From NCBI GenBank assembly GCA_964655225.1, contig CAZZMB010000001.1, forward strand, positions 37,752-98,806: 61,055 nucleotides of DNA, in the 5' to 3' direction. The notes under the pieces were generated by a model that was not told the origin of the DNA, did not search any database, and saw nothing but the letters and a program-made list of their open reading frames with translations. Position numbers and translations under genes: made by a program. Numbering within the stretch: position 1 is the stretch's first letter; every line of letters begins with the position of its first letter. The stretch is from an uncultured Chitinophagales bacterium (GTDB lineage Bacteria > Bacteroidota > Bacteroidia > Chitinophagales > UBA8649). Below are positions 20,443 to 30,371 of the stretch, one piece after another.

Positions 20443-21588
20443 TTATTTCAAGGCTGAATTAATTTTAAACAGCGCCTTTTTACTTGCTACATCATCAGGG
20501 ATTAATTCTAATACTTTCTCAAAATAAGGTTTTGCCGTTAAGTACATTTCTCTGCGTTTTGCATTTAGCTCATTATACCTGGTGGTTTCATTATAACCTA
20601 AGTCATTCATTTCTTTAATGAATTTATTCGCTCCTAAAAAAAACATCGCTCCGGCGTTATATATGGCTTTATCGTTGCTAGGATTAATTTTAATAGCTTT
20701 TTCATATTCAACTATAGCCTTATTCATATTACCACTCTTATCGTAAGCATTTCCCTTTATGAAGTATAGCATATCGTTTTCAGGTTGCAATTCAATAGCT
20801 CTATCAATTTTATCAATTGCTCCTGCTATATTATCGTCTTCTATGAAGTAATTCAATTGTTCGATAACTACTTCCGCATTCTCTGGAAATATATCAGCAG
20901 CCATGTCTAATGTCGCCATCGCTTTTTCTTTATCGCCAGTTTTTTTGTACAAACGCGATAAGAAAACGTAATTGTTTGCATCCTCCGTCATTGTTAACAA
21001 ATCTTCATAAGCAGCAATTGCCTCATTCACTAGGCCTCCAGCTTCAGCGGATGCTGCAGCATTGGAAACACACCTTTCTGTTTCTACAACCAGCTCTGCG
21101 TCATTGTTTATTAGGGTTTCATTAATAGCTTTCATTGCATTGAAATCTTTGTATGCTTTTACATAATCACCATTTTGGTATGCATCAGCTCCACTATTAA
21201 AAACGTCTGATGAAATAGCTCGAATATACAACACAGCATTTTCCCTATTTCTAAACTTTTTGTCCCCTATTGAAACGGATTTTGCAAAACTTTCAATGGC
21301 AGTCGTTAAATATGTAGGGTCAGTCTGACTTAACAGCTCATCCTTTGAAAGCGCTTGATAAATCATCCCTCTGTAGTACCAGGTTTTCCCTTGAATTCCG
21401 GTAGTTTCATGAGCAACCGCTTTGTCAATAGCTTCTTTTGCTTCGACCAAGTCCTCTCCGTTCTTGCCTAATTTATATTCTTCAAGATAATTATAAGCGG
21501 CCATTACTTTACTTCCTTGAGCAAAAGAAAATTGGACTGTGCAAACTAAACCAATTGCAATTAAAACTATTTTTTTCATCGTATTCAT
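20443..21588 (-). CDS. Tetratricopeptide-repeat protein, exported
   Basis: 381 aa. Signal peptide (MKKIVLIAIGLVCTVQFSFAQ). Multiple TPR-like A..Y...G.Y.KA...F..A repeats. The start may be ATG 21588 or 21579. Confidence 0.8.
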   Translation of the reverse strand: MNTMKKIVLIAIGLVCTVQFSFAQGSKVMAAYNYLEEYKLGKNGEDLVEAKEAIDKAVAHETTGIQGKTWYYRGMIYQALSKDELLSQTDPTYLTTAIESFAKSVSIGDKKFRNRENAVLYIRAISSDVFNSGADAYQNGDYVKAYKDFNAMKAINETLINNDAELVVETERCVSNAAASAEAGGLVNEAIAAYEDLLTMTEDANNYVFLSRLYKKTGDKEKAMATLDMAADIFPENAEVVIEQLNYFIEDDNIAGAIDKIDRAIELQPENDMLYFIKGNAYDKSGNMNKAIVEYEKAIKINPSNDKAIYNAGAMFFLGANKFIKEMNDLGYNETTRYNELNAKRREMYLTAKPYFEKVLELIPDDVASKKALFKINSALK

Positions 21589-21623
21589 TTTTTGTTCAAT
21601 TAAATATCTTACAATTTTTTTGC

Positions 21624-21631
21624 CAAAAATA
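21624..21631 (-). promoter_or_regulatory. Candidate -7 box (TATTTTTG on the minus strand) for the TPR gene
   Basis: Plus-strand CAAAAATA, about 35 nt upstream of ATG 21588, in the 71-nt gap after gyrA. Confidence 0.35.
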
Positions 21632-21659
21632 TATTTTTACAAATCCTTAACAATTGATT

Positions 21660-24245
21660 CTAAGCTTCAGTTTCTGGATTTTCTTGCTCACCGCCATCTA
21701 AGCCTTCCTCCCCTTCTTCTGAATCAGCGAGTTGATCATCTTCAGCATCTTCGAGTCGCTGTTGTTTACCATCTTTAATAATGCTAACTGCTGCAATACT
21801 GTCCTTACTTTTTAGGTTAATTAGCTTAACTCCCTGAGTGGCTCTTCCTAGCACACGTAAATTTTCTAATTCAATACGGATAGCAATACCAGACTTATTA
21901 ATAATCATTAAATCATCGCTGTCACTCACTTCTCGGATGGTAATTAGTTTACCTGTTTTGTCAGTTAAATTCATAGTTTTAACTCCTTTTCCGCCCCGCT
22001 TTGTGATCCGGTAAACTGGCTCCCACTCCTGAGTTTCTTCATTGAATTCATCCAATAGCGTTCGTTTACCGTAGCCATTTTCAGAGACCACTAATACGGT
22101 TGATTCTTTTTCGTCTTTAGCAGCACTGATCATTCCAATAACTGCATCATCTTCCGTGCTCAATCTTACACCTCTCACTCCGGTAGCTGTTCTTCCCATA
22201 GAACGAACATCACTTTCGTCAAAACGGACAGCCCTACCATACTTTGTAGCAAGTATTATTTCACTATCTCCTGTGGTTAATACTACCCTTACTAATTTGT
22301 CTTCATCTCTAATAGTAATTGCATTTACTCCATTTGTTCTTACTCTAGAGTAATCTCTAATAGAAGTTTTCTTAACAGTACCCGCTTTCGTAGCGAAGAA
22401 TATAAAGTGTGAATCCAAGAATTCGTCATCTTTCAAATCTTTAATCGGGATATAAGCTAAAATTTTATCATCTGAAGGGATATTAATTAAATTCTGCAGT
22501 GCTCTGCCTTTAGAAGCTTTGCTGCCCTCTGGGATTTCATAAACTTTCATCCAGAAGCATTTACCTTTTTCAGTATAGAGCAGTAAGTAATTGTGCGCAG
22601 TAGCTGTAAACATATGTTCAATAAAGTCTTCGTCTCTTGTAGTACTTCCTTTTGAACCTTTGCCTCCTCTATTTTGCGTCTTGTATTCAGAAACTGCAGT
22701 ACGCTTCATATATCCTAAATGCGAAATAGTAACAATTACAGGCTCATCTGGAATCAAATCGGTGATGTCAATGTCTCCTGCCGAAAATTCTATATTTGTT
22801 CTTCGCTCATCACCGTATTTTTCAAGAACTTCATCTAATTCTGATTTGATGATATTGAAACGCATTTCCTCGCTTCCTAAAATTTCTTTCAAGTGAGCAA
22901 TGGTTTTCATGAGTTCATCATACTCAGAGCGCAATTTGTCTTGCTCTAGTCCAGTCAATTGACGCAAACGCATCTCTACGATTGCTCGAGATTGAATATC
23001 TGAAAGATCGAATCGCTTCATTAAGCTTTCTCTTGCTTGTTCTGTATTTGAAGACGCTCGAATAATCTTAATTACTTCATCTATATTATCAGAAGCAATG
23101 ATTAAGCCTTCTAGTATATGGGCTCTTTCTTCAGCTTTTCTTAATTCAAATTCTGTTCGCCTTACAACCACTTCGTGTCGGAATTCAATGAAATGTTTAA
23201 TCAACTCTTTCAAGTTCATTAATTTTGGTCTTCCATCAACTAAGGCAATGTTATTCACCCCATATGAGGTCTGAAGTTGAGTGAGTTTAAATAAGGTGTT
23301 TAAAACGATATTTGGTATCGCATCTCTCTTCAAATCGACAACAATTCTCATTCCATCTCTATCGGATTCATCGTTAATGTCAGAGATGCCATCTATTCGT
23401 CCGTCATTAACAAGCTCTGATATTTTTTGAATTAATGTTGATTTGTTGACTTGATAAGGTATTTCATTGACTACAATTTTGTTCCTTCCAGAATCCGTCG
23501 TTTCAATGCTTGTTTTACCTCTTACAACAATCTTTCCTCTACCCGTTTCAAAAGATTCTTTGACCCCATCGTAACCATATATTGTTCCTCCGGTTGGAAA
23601 ATCAGGTGCTGAAATATGTTGCATTAACTCTTCAATAAGGATATCATTATTGTCGATATAAGCTTTCATTCCTGCAATAACCTCGGAAAGATTATGCGGT
23701 AGAATATTTGTTGCCATTCCTACGGCAATACCAGAAGCACCATTAACAAGCAGCTGGGGTATCTTTGAAGGAAGAACTGATGGCTCTTTTAAGGAGTCAT
23801 CAAAGTTTAACTGAAAATCCACGGTTTCCTTGTCTATATCAGAAAGAATGTCCTCTGCGATTTTTCTAAATCTAGCTTCTGTATAACGCATTGCAGCAGG
23901 AGGATCGCCATCTACTGATCCAAAATTTCCTTGTCCATCAACAAGTGGGTAGCGAAGTGACCAGTGTTGCGCCATACGAACCATAGTATCATATACAGAG
24001 CTATCACCATGTGGGTGATACTTACCAAGGACTTCCCCTACAATTCTAGCAGATTTCTTGTGTGCTTTGTTTGGCGCTAAGCCTAAATCATTCATACCAT
24101 AGAGCACTCTTCTGTGAACGGGCTTCATGCCATCTCTTACATCAGGAATTGCTCTTGAAACGATAACCGACATAGAGTAATCTATGTAGGCACTCTTCAT
24201 TTCATCTTCAATATTTATTGGAATTACCCTTCCGTTTTTAGCCAT
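21660..24245 (-). CDS. gyrA: DNA gyrase subunit A
   Basis: 861 aa. QRDR region [17 protein letters not shown], catalytic Tyr motif [11 protein letters not shown]-terminal beta-pinwheel repeats and an acidic tail. Confidence 0.97.
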   Translation of the reverse strand: MAKNGRVIPINIEDEMKSAYIDYSMSVIVSRAIPDVRDGMKPVHRRVLYGMNDLGLAPNKAHKKSARIVGEVLGKYHPHGDSSVYDTMVRMAQHWSLRYPLVDGQGNFGSVDGDPPAAMRYTEARFRKIAEDILSDIDKETVDFQLNFDDSLKEPSVLPSKIPQLLVNGASGIAVGMATNILPHNLSEVIAGMKAYIDNNDILIEELMQHISAPDFPTGGTIYGYDGVKESFETGRGKIVVRGKTSIETTDSGRNKIVVNEIPYQVNKSTLIQKISELVNDGRIDGISDINDESDRDGMRIVVDLKRDAIPNIVLNTLFKLTQLQTSYGVNNIALVDGRPKLMNLKELIKHFIEFRHEVVVRRTEFELRKAEERAHILEGLIIASDNIDEVIKIIRASSNTEQARESLMKRFDLSDIQSRAIVEMRLRQLTGLEQDKLRSEYDELMKTIAHLKEILGSEEMRFNIIKSELDEVLEKYGDERRTNIEFSAGDIDITDLIPDEPVIVTISHLGYMKRTAVSEYKTQNRGGKGSKGSTTRDEDFIEHMFTATAHNYLLLYTEKGKCFWMKVYEIPEGSKASKGRALQNLINIPSDDKILAYIPIKDLKDDEFLDSHFIFFATKAGTVKKTSIRDYSRVRTNGVNAITIRDEDKLVRVVLTTGDSEIILATKYGRAVRFDESDVRSMGRTATGVRGVRLSTEDDAVIGMISAAKDEKESTVLVVSENGYGKRTLLDEFNEETQEWEPVYRITKRGGKGVKTMNLTDKTGKLITIREVSDSDDLMIINKSGIAIRIELENLRVLGRATQGVKLINLKSKDSIAAVSIIKDGKQQRLEDAEDDQLADSEEGEEGLDGGEQENPETEA

Positions 24246-24270
24246 AGTATTATATTGTTTTACAGACTAG

Positions 24271-24278
24271 CAAAATTA
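24271..24278 (-). promoter_or_regulatory. Candidate -7 box (TAATTTTG on the minus strand) for gyrA
   Basis: Plus-strand CAAAATTA, about 25 nt upstream of ATG 24245. Confidence 0.4.
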
Positions 24279-24513
24279 AACATTTAAAGGGCTAAAACCT
24301 TAGTATTATCCGTAATTTATTAACATTTTCACCAATAAGATTGGTTAATAACTTTTGGTGTTTTTTAGCAGGAAATATTTTTCAAAAAATGACATGAATA
24401 AATTGCTAATTCTTTTGTAAGAAAGTGCTAAGATTTATTGAATTGTAAATTAAACTAGACAATCTGAATTGTGAATTGCAATAAATGGAGATGTAAACTT
24501 GTTATTATTGGTA

Positions 24514-24521
24514 TACATTTG
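24514..24521 (+). promoter_or_regulatory. Candidate -7 box (TACATTTG) for the exbB-exbD-tonB-folC string
   Basis: Exact TAnnTTTG about 21 nt upstream of ATG 24543. Confidence 0.4.
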
Positions 24522-24542
24522 TTTTAACTTAAAAAAGAACCT

Positions 24543-25238
24543 ATGAATGCATTAATGTTGCAAATTACAACAGCAGCTGTTGATTCCACTGCTGTAATTC
24601 CCGAATTAACCTCTTCAAGTCTTTTTGCTATGGTTTCTCAAATCGGTTACTTCGGTTTGTTTGTCATGGGGGTGATATTTCTGTTGTCAGTTGTTACGGT
24701 TTATATTGCTATTGAGCGATATACGGCTATAAGGAAAGCATCTACTATCGATGAAAATTTCATGAATAGAATCAAGGACTTTGTCGCCAATGGAAATATC
24801 GCAGGTGCTAAGGATTGGTGCGATAAAGAGGACTCTCCTATTGCTCACATGATTGGTAAAGGAGTCGTTCGGATAGGTAAATCTTTGAAAGATATTCAAG
24901 CCAGTATTGAAAACCAAGGAAATCTTGAAGTAGGGCGTTTAGAGAAAGGTTTAAATGTTCTAGCCACGATTTCAGGCACCGCTCCGATGTTAGGCTTCTT
25001 GGGAACTGTGACTGGAATGATAACCACCTTTAAAGATTTAGCAGATGGGAATACCGCCGCAGGTGATTTGGCGGGTGGATTATATGAAGCTATGTTTACT
25101 ACAGCTTTTGGATTGGCAGCGGGAATTATAAGTTTTGTAGCCTACAATTTATTAACCTCAAAGTTGGATAGGATGATCTTGAAAATGGAGGCTGCTAGTA
25201 TTGAGTTTATTGATTTGTTACAAGAGCCATCAAAATAG
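24543..25238 (+). CDS. exbB: MotA/TolQ/ExbB proton-channel protein
   Basis: 231 aa. Three TM helices. LATISGTAPMLGFLGTVTGMI and EAMFTTAFGL motifs of the ExbB/TolQ family. Confidence 0.88.
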   Translation: MNALMLQITTAAVDSTAVIPELTSSSLFAMVSQIGYFGLFVMGVIFLLSVVTVYIAIERYTAIRKASTIDENFMNRIKDFVANGNIAGAKDWCDKEDSPIAHMIGKGVVRIGKSLKDIQASIENQGNLEVGRLEKGLNVLATISGTAPMLGFLGTVTGMITTFKDLADGNTAAGDLAGGLYEAMFTTAFGLAAGIISFVAYNLLTSKLDRMILKMEAASIEFIDLLQEPSK

Positions 25239-25265
25239 TTGAGGCATATTTAATCAATTTTTACT

Positions 25266-25658
25266 ATGAAATTAAAAAAAAGGAATAAAGCTAGTGCCGT
25301 TTTTAATATGGCATCCCTAACAGATATTATATTCTTGTTGTTAATCTTTTTTGTGATCAACTCAGAGATGCCGAATGCACTGAAATTGATTTTGCCAAAC
25401 GCATCTGGTAAAACTCCTGCCAGTAAGTCGATAACTGTGGCATTGAGCAATGACCTTATCTATATGGTAAACAGCCAGATAGTCGAATATGAAGCAGTCA
25501 AAATGACTCTTCAAGGAGAGCTTAGTAAAAGTAATAGTGATGAACCTACGGTCGTACTTAAAATAGATAAGGACGTATCCTTAGAAAAAGCTGTGGAATT
25601 GTTGGATATTGGCAATCAACTAAAAGTGCCGATGATATTGGCTACTAAGCCGAAGTAA
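25266..25658 (+). CDS. exbD: Biopolymer transport protein ExbD/TolR
   Basis: 130 aa. N-terminal MASLTDIIFLLLIFFV anchor followed by a periplasmic domain (VVLKIDKDVSLEKAVELLD). Confidence 0.85.
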   Translation: MKLKKRNKASAVFNMASLTDIIFLLLIFFVINSEMPNALKLILPNASGKTPASKSITVALSNDLIYMVNSQIVEYEAVKMTLQGELSKSNSDEPTVVLKIDKDVSLEKAVELLDIGNQLKVPMILATKPK

Positions 25659-25695
25659 TTATATGGAAAACGAATAATCGGCACATCTTAAAAAC

Positions 25696-26511
25696 ATGAA
25701 CCTCTCAATTGAAAATAATAAAGGGCAGCGAATAGCTAAGATAAGTACCACAGCATATGTATTGTTGTGTGGGCTTTTTCTATTTACTTTGAAATGCGAG
25801 CAGCCGGACGAAATCAATAACATGGGAATAATGATAAATCTGGGAACCATGGAAACTGGAATGGTTGAAGATAATACACCCACTGCTGAAAATATAGAAG
25901 TAGAGAAAGAAGTGGTCAATGAAGAAGTTGTTAAGGAAAGCTTGAACCCGAATGAAATTGAAGCAGTGACCCAAGATATTGTTTCGGCTCCCATAAAAGC
26001 CACTGAAGAACCGGCTGAAGATCCAAGCACCTACTCTAGCAATGCCGAGACTTCTGAGCCTGAAGTCGAAGTTACTCCTGAACCAGTAGTCGATGAAAAT
26101 GCTTTATTCAGTGGAACTAATAACGCGAATCAAGGTACAGGCAATATTGCTGGGGATCAGGGCAATCTAAACGGTAGTATAGAATCTGATATTTATGGAG
26201 ATATAGCAGGTAATGGTTTCGATGGTTCTGGCGATGGTGCTAGTTTGAAGGGAAGAGGATTAGTTTCAAAGCCTATTTTTAATAACCCTACCAATGAGTT
26301 TGGGAAAGTAGTTATTAAAATTACTGTAAACAAGCAAGGAAAAGTAATAAAAGCAGACTTGGTTTCTTTATACAGCACGAACACCAACCAGGCCTTGGTA
26401 AGCTATGCTATGCAGGAAGCTTATAAATTTAAGTTTAATAATGTTGCTAGTGAGGAAGGGGCAAGAGATAATCAAGTTGGCAAGATTATCTATAATTTTA
26501 AAGCGAATTAA
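25696..26511 (+). CDS. TonB-like energy transducer (atypical acidic and Gly/Asn-rich linker)
   Basis: 271 aa. Single N-terminal TM helix, E/V/P-rich acidic spacer, G/N/D-rich spacer, then a C-terminal about 80-aa TonB-C-like module (GKVVIKITVNKQGKVIKA...AYKFKFN). Located directly after exbB-exbD. Confidence 0.6.
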   Translation: MNLSIENNKGQRIAKISTTAYVLLCGLFLFTLKCEQPDEINNMGIMINLGTMETGMVEDNTPTAENIEVEKEVVNEEVVKESLNPNEIEAVTQDIVSAPIKATEEPAEDPSTYSSNAETSEPEVEVTPEPVVDENALFSGTNNANQGTGNIAGDQGNLNGSIESDIYGDIAGNGFDGSGDGASLKGRGLVSKPIFNNPTNEFGKVVIKITVNKQGKVIKADLVSLYSTNTNQALVSYAMQEAYKFKFNNVASEEGARDNQVGKIIYNFKAN

Positions 26512-26519
26512 ACTATCCA

Positions 26520-27797
26520 GTGGACTATAAAGAAACCTTGCAGTATCTTTTTAATAAGTTACCCATGTTTCAAAGCTTGGGTGATCAAGCCTTTAAAAAA
26601 GACTTGACGAATACTCTAGCCTTATTAAGTGCTTTAGGTAATCCTCATAAGTTATTTAAAACCATTCATATAGCAGGAACAAATGGCAAAGGTAGTGTGA
26701 CACATATCTTAGCATCTATTCTTCAAGAGGAAGGTTACAAAGTCGCCTGCTACACCTCTCCTCATTACAAGGACTTTAGAGAAAGAATAAAGATAAATGG
26801 GCTTGTAGTTGAGGAAGATTATGTGGTCAGTTTTATTGAAAATAATCGAGAGTTAATCGAACAAATACAGCCTTCATTTTTTGAAATAACGGTGGTTATG
26901 GCATTTGACTATTTTGCCCAACAAGATATTGATATAGCTATAATTGAAACTGGTATGGGTGGACGTTTTGACTCAACTAACGTGCTAACTCCTCTCCTCT
27001 CTATTATTACTAATATTTCTTTTGATCACCAGCAGTTTTTAGGAGATACTTTGGCTAAAATAGCTTCTGAAAAAGCGGGGATTATCAAAGATAGAGTTCC
27101 TGTATTAATTGGTGAATATCAGGAAGATACGAATGCTGTTTTTGTTCAACATGCAGTAGCTTTTAACAGCAGGTTAAAATACGCTCAGGACTTGTTGGAA
27201 ATTCAGGATTTTGTGAGTTCCTACGAGGGAAGCTCCTTTACTATATTCTATGCGGAAAGTAAATATAACTTTACGACAGACCTAAGCGGAAACTATCAAA
27301 AGAAAAACATACAAACTGCATTAGCAGCTCTTTTAATCTTAGACAATCTATTTAAGGTAAGTGAAAAGGCCAAACGAAATGGACTTTTAAAGGTTCGCGA
27401 TAATACCATGTTTATAGGCAGGTGCATGCGCATCAAAGAGAAACCTTTAGTGATTTTGGATAGTGCGCACAATGAAGCTGGAATTCGAGAACTTAATCAA
27501 CTCTTAAACTCAACATCTTTTAATAATCTTCATTTTGTTTTTGGAACGGTTTCCGATAAAGACCTTAGTAAAATCCTTCCCTTATTGCCTACCCGAGCAC
27601 AATACTACTTTTGTAAAGCAGACATTACTAGAGGTATGGACCCTAAAAGCTTAGGTGCTAAGGCGATTTTTTATGGATTGAAGGGAAGTGTTTTCCCTTC
27701 AGTAAATGCGGCCTACGCACAGGCACTGGTTCAAGCTGAGGACCAAGATTTGATAATAGTAAGTGGAAGTATATTTGTTGTTGCTGAGGTCCTGTAG
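26520..27797 (+). CDS. folC: Bifunctional folylpolyglutamate synthase / dihydrofolate synthase
   Basis: 425 aa, GTG start. The N-terminus YKETLQYLFNKLPMFQSLG is typical of FolC. P-loop IHIAGTNGKGSV. Mur-ligase middle and C-terminal domains. Confidence 0.9.
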   Translation: MDYKETLQYLFNKLPMFQSLGDQAFKKDLTNTLALLSALGNPHKLFKTIHIAGTNGKGSVTHILASILQEEGYKVACYTSPHYKDFRERIKINGLVVEEDYVVSFIENNRELIEQIQPSFFEITVVMAFDYFAQQDIDIAIIETGMGGRFDSTNVLTPLLSIITNISFDHQQFLGDTLAKIASEKAGIIKDRVPVLIGEYQEDTNAVFVQHAVAFNSRLKYAQDLLEIQDFVSSYEGSSFTIFYAESKYNFTTDLSGNYQKKNIQTALAALLILDNLFKVSEKAKRNGLLKVRDNTMFIGRCMRIKEKPLVILDSAHNEAGIRELNQLLNSTSFNNLHFVFGTVSDKDLSKILPLLPTRAQYYFCKADITRGMDPKSLGAKAIFYGLKGSVFPSVNAAYAQALVQAEDQDLIIVSGSIFVVAEVL

Positions 27798-27803
27798 TAA
27801 ATT

Positions 27804-28403
27804 TTATCTCAGATCGTTGCTTAGAAGCCTTAAGAATTCCATTCTTGTGGCTTGTTTTTCAAACTCACCACTAAATGATGACGTAGTGGTACTTGAATTT
27901 TGCTTTTGAACACCTCTCATCATCATACATAAATGCTGGGCTTCGATGACCACGGCAACACCGTGAGGCTCTAATACCTTATCGATAGTATTCTTGATTT
28001 GTACAGTTAAGCGCTCTTGAACTTGCAACCTTCTAGAAAATACATCAACAATACGAGGAATTTTACTGAGGCCCACAATTTTTCCATTAGGAATGTACGC
28101 GACATGCGCTTTTCCAAAGAAAGGCAACATGTGATGCTCGCACAAAGAATATAACTCAATTCCTTTAATGATTACCATTTCGTTGTGATCTTCATGAAAC
28201 AATGCACCCCTCAAGATTTCTTCAGGATCCATGTCATAACCATGTGTTAGGTAGTGCATAGCTTTTGAAGCGCGCTCTGGAGTCTTTAGTAATCCTTCTC
28301 GACTAACGTCCTCCCCCACGCTTTCGATGATACCTTTGTATCTATCAGCAACGTTTTTTACGAGTTTTTCATCATACCGCTTTTCTTGTGAAAATCTGTC
28401 CAT
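27804..28403 (-). CDS. folE: GTP cyclohydrolase I
   Basis: 199 aa. [21 protein letters not shown] and [10 protein letters not shown] motifs. Confidence 0.94.
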   Translation of the reverse strand: MDRFSQEKRYDEKLVKNVADRYKGIIESVGEDVSREGLLKTPERASKAMHYLTHGYDMDPEEILRGALFHEDHNEMVIIKGIELYSLCEHHMLPFFGKAHVAYIPNGKIVGLSKIPRIVDVFSRRLQVQERLTVQIKNTIDKVLEPHGVAVVIEAQHLCMMMRGVQKQNSSTTTSSFSGEFEKQATRMEFLRLLSNDLR

Positions 28404-28458
28404 TGATTAATGCATTTTTTATAGTAACAAGTATACTTTGTTTTAGTTCACGAAGGTC

Positions 28459-28866
28459 TTACTCTCCATAATATTCCACATAAATTCGTGGGGTTTCCAT
28501 CAATTTTAAAGCATGCAATTCGCATTCTTGAATCAAGGGATTTAAAATTTGCCAAATTACCTTAATAAAATTTTCAGAAGATGGTTGAACATTCTTGAAA
28601 TATTCTACGTCTAAATTTAAATTTTTATGATCAAATCTAGCACAGACATGTTCCTTGATTAGTTCACTCAAATCATGTGCATTCATCACGAATCCGGTGT
28701 CAGGATTTGGATTTCCCTTAACAGTCACAAATAAATCAAAATTATGCCCATGGAAATTAGCATTGCAACATTTGCCAAATACTTCTTTGTTTTTTTGTGC
28801 TGTCCAATTATTGTTGTAAAGTTTGTGAGCAGCGTTAAAATGCTCAACTCTAGTAAGGTAAATCAT
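28459..28866 (-). CDS. queD: 6-carboxytetrahydropterin synthase / 6-pyruvoyl-tetrahydropterin synthase family
   Basis: 135 aa. FNAAHKL, Zn/catalytic segment CCNANFHGHNF, PSSEN near the C-terminus. Confidence 0.86.
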   Translation of the reverse strand: MIYLTRVEHFNAAHKLYNNNWTAQKNKEVFGKCCNANFHGHNFDLFVTVKGNPNPDTGFVMNAHDLSELIKEHVCARFDHKNLNLDVEYFKNVQPSSENFIKVIWQILNPLIQECELHALKLMETPRIYVEYYGE

Positions 28867-28884
28867 GATTTTTCTAATCTTTTA

Positions 28885-28892
28885 CAAAGATA
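28885..28892 (-). promoter_or_regulatory. Candidate -7 box (TATCTTTG on the minus strand) for queD-folE
   Basis: Plus-strand CAAAGATA, about 18 nt upstream of ATG 28866. Confidence 0.4.
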
Positions 28893-28917
28893 GTTGGAAT
28901 GATTCATATCTGTAAAC

Positions 28918-28925
28918 TATCTTTG
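28918..28925 (+). promoter_or_regulatory. Candidate -7 box (TATCTTTG) for the MqnB-like/DUF4442 pair
   Basis: Exact TAnnTTTG, but only 8 nt before ATG 28934. That implies a near-leaderless mRNA, hence the lower confidence. Confidence 0.3.
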
Positions 28926-28933
28926 ACTTTTCT

Positions 28934-29593
28934 ATGAAAATTTTAATTGCATTTGCTCATCCTTCAGAAATAGCTGCGTTTAATATCCATATTGGAAATT
29001 TAAGCCATTCAAAGGAGTATGATTATAAGCATATCCATATCGTGTTTATTCAAACAGGATATACCGTTTACGAAACAGCATTCGCAATGGGTGACGCTAT
29101 GGCCAATAATAGCTATCATTTGATTATTTACGCAGGTTTGGGAAATAGTTTGAATGATAAAATGAAAACTGGAGAGGTACTTAATGTAATTAATGATATT
29201 CCTTTTTCAATAGGAAGAGAGGATCATGAGGGATTTGAACATGCCTATAGGTTAAATTGGTTGGATAAAAACGCCAAACCTCACCTTAGAGGAGGATATA
29301 TAAATCTAACCAATTCTTATTTCAACGTCTTTTTGCCTTTTATGAAAACGGCAGCATTGACAAGTCCAATATTAGAGGGTGGCGAAGACTTACTGAAACT
29401 TAAATGTGAACGTTTTCCTATACATATAGAAAGCAGTAACGGAATTGCTTTTCATTATGCATGCTTATCTAAAGGTTTACCGTTTTATCAATTAAGGGCG
29501 ATTGCCTACAATACTGTCGATTTAAATAGGAATACAGCACTTGCAATTGGAAATTTAAACAAAGCCTTGATAAAAGTAATCGATTTATTATGA
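28934..29593 (+). CDS. Nucleoside-phosphorylase-fold protein, futalosine hydrolase (MqnB)-like but motif-degenerate
   Basis: 219 aa. The layout is that of Bacteroidota MqnB/MTAN-like proteins (MKILIAF..E; GEVLNV; IESSNGIAFHYACL; QLRAIAYN..NRN), but the recalled conserved motifs are altered (see finding). Confidence 0.5.
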   Translation: MKILIAFAHPSEIAAFNIHIGNLSHSKEYDYKHIHIVFIQTGYTVYETAFAMGDAMANNSYHLIIYAGLGNSLNDKMKTGEVLNVINDIPFSIGREDHEGFEHAYRLNWLDKNAKPHLRGGYINLTNSYFNVFLPFMKTAALTSPILEGGEDLLKLKCERFPIHIESSNGIAFHYACLSKGLPFYQLRAIAYNTVDLNRNTALAIGNLNKALIKVIDLL

Positions 29594-30093
29594 ACAAATA
29601 TGTCAACGAATCTCAAAAAAATAATGGAGAAAAGTTTAGGAAGCAAGTCAATGGTTTAGGGTTTAACTTCTACCTCTTTGCCAAACTTCCTGCCGCATAT
29701 TTTTCGGGAGTTCGTGTTGTAAGTTTAACAGAAGAAAGCTCCAAGGTGAAGGTTCCGTTTAAATGGTTTTCACAGAATCCATTTCAATCTACGTATTTTG
29801 CTTGTTTAGCCATGGCCGCTGAAATGAGCACGGGCTTGCCCTGTATGATGGCTATTGATAAAATGAATCCTAAGGTGTCTATGTTGGTGGTCAATTTGGA
29901 ATCAAGTTTTACTATGAAAGCCAGTGACGTAACCACTTTTGAGTGTCTAGATGCTCCAGCAATTTATGATGCAGTACATAAGGCTATTGAAACTAAAGAA
30001 GGGCAGCTTGTGGAAACTCATGCTTTAGGTAAAAATAATACGGGTGATGAAGTTGCCCGATTTAAGATAACATGGAGTTTTAAATCCAAATAA
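29590..30093 (+). CDS. DUF4442 hot-dog-fold (PaaI-like thioesterase) protein
   Basis: 167 aa. KLPAAYFSGVRVVSL...QNPFQSTYFACLAMAAEMSTG...SMLVVNLESSF.MKA pattern recalled for DUF4442. ATGA overlap with the preceding gene. Confidence 0.62.
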   Translation: MNKYVNESQKNNGEKFRKQVNGLGFNFYLFAKLPAAYFSGVRVVSLTEESSKVKVPFKWFSQNPFQSTYFACLAMAAEMSTGLPCMMAIDKMNPKVSMLVVNLESSFTMKASDVTTFECLDAPAIYDAVHKAIETKEGQLVETHALGKNNTGDEVARFKITWSFKSK

Positions 30094-30143
30094 GACCTTG
30101 CCTTTTTGCTACTTTTCTGAATATACCGCCGATATATAAAGGC

Positions 30144-30371
30144 TTACCTCTTTATTAGTTTATGGCTGGATTGGTAGCCATCACTCCTAAGTGAAACAAT
30201 ATATACCCCATTGGATAGCTCAGATAAATCAAGGTTAAAAGCCTTTTCAAAGACCACATTCCTTAGAATGGTTTGCCCTAATAAGTTAAGCACTTCCAGT
30301 TCAATTGATTTGTTCCAGCCTGTTGTTTGAATGTGGAAATTCTCTTGACTAGGATTGGGAACTATACTAAT
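30144..30371 (-). other. T9SS type-A CTD of the metalloprotease
   Basis: ISIVPNPSQENFHIQ..LEVLNLLGQ..LSNGVYIVSLRSDGYQSSHKLIKR. Confidence 0.8.

Noticed and set aside
25659-26030. 123-aa minus-strand ORF (and 25780..25974, 26193..26387) antisense to the TonB-like gene
   Set aside because: It mirrors the acidic low-complexity linker (a Ser/Thr/Phe-rich translation). It has no start context or promoter box, and the sense gene fits the exbB-exbD-tonB order.
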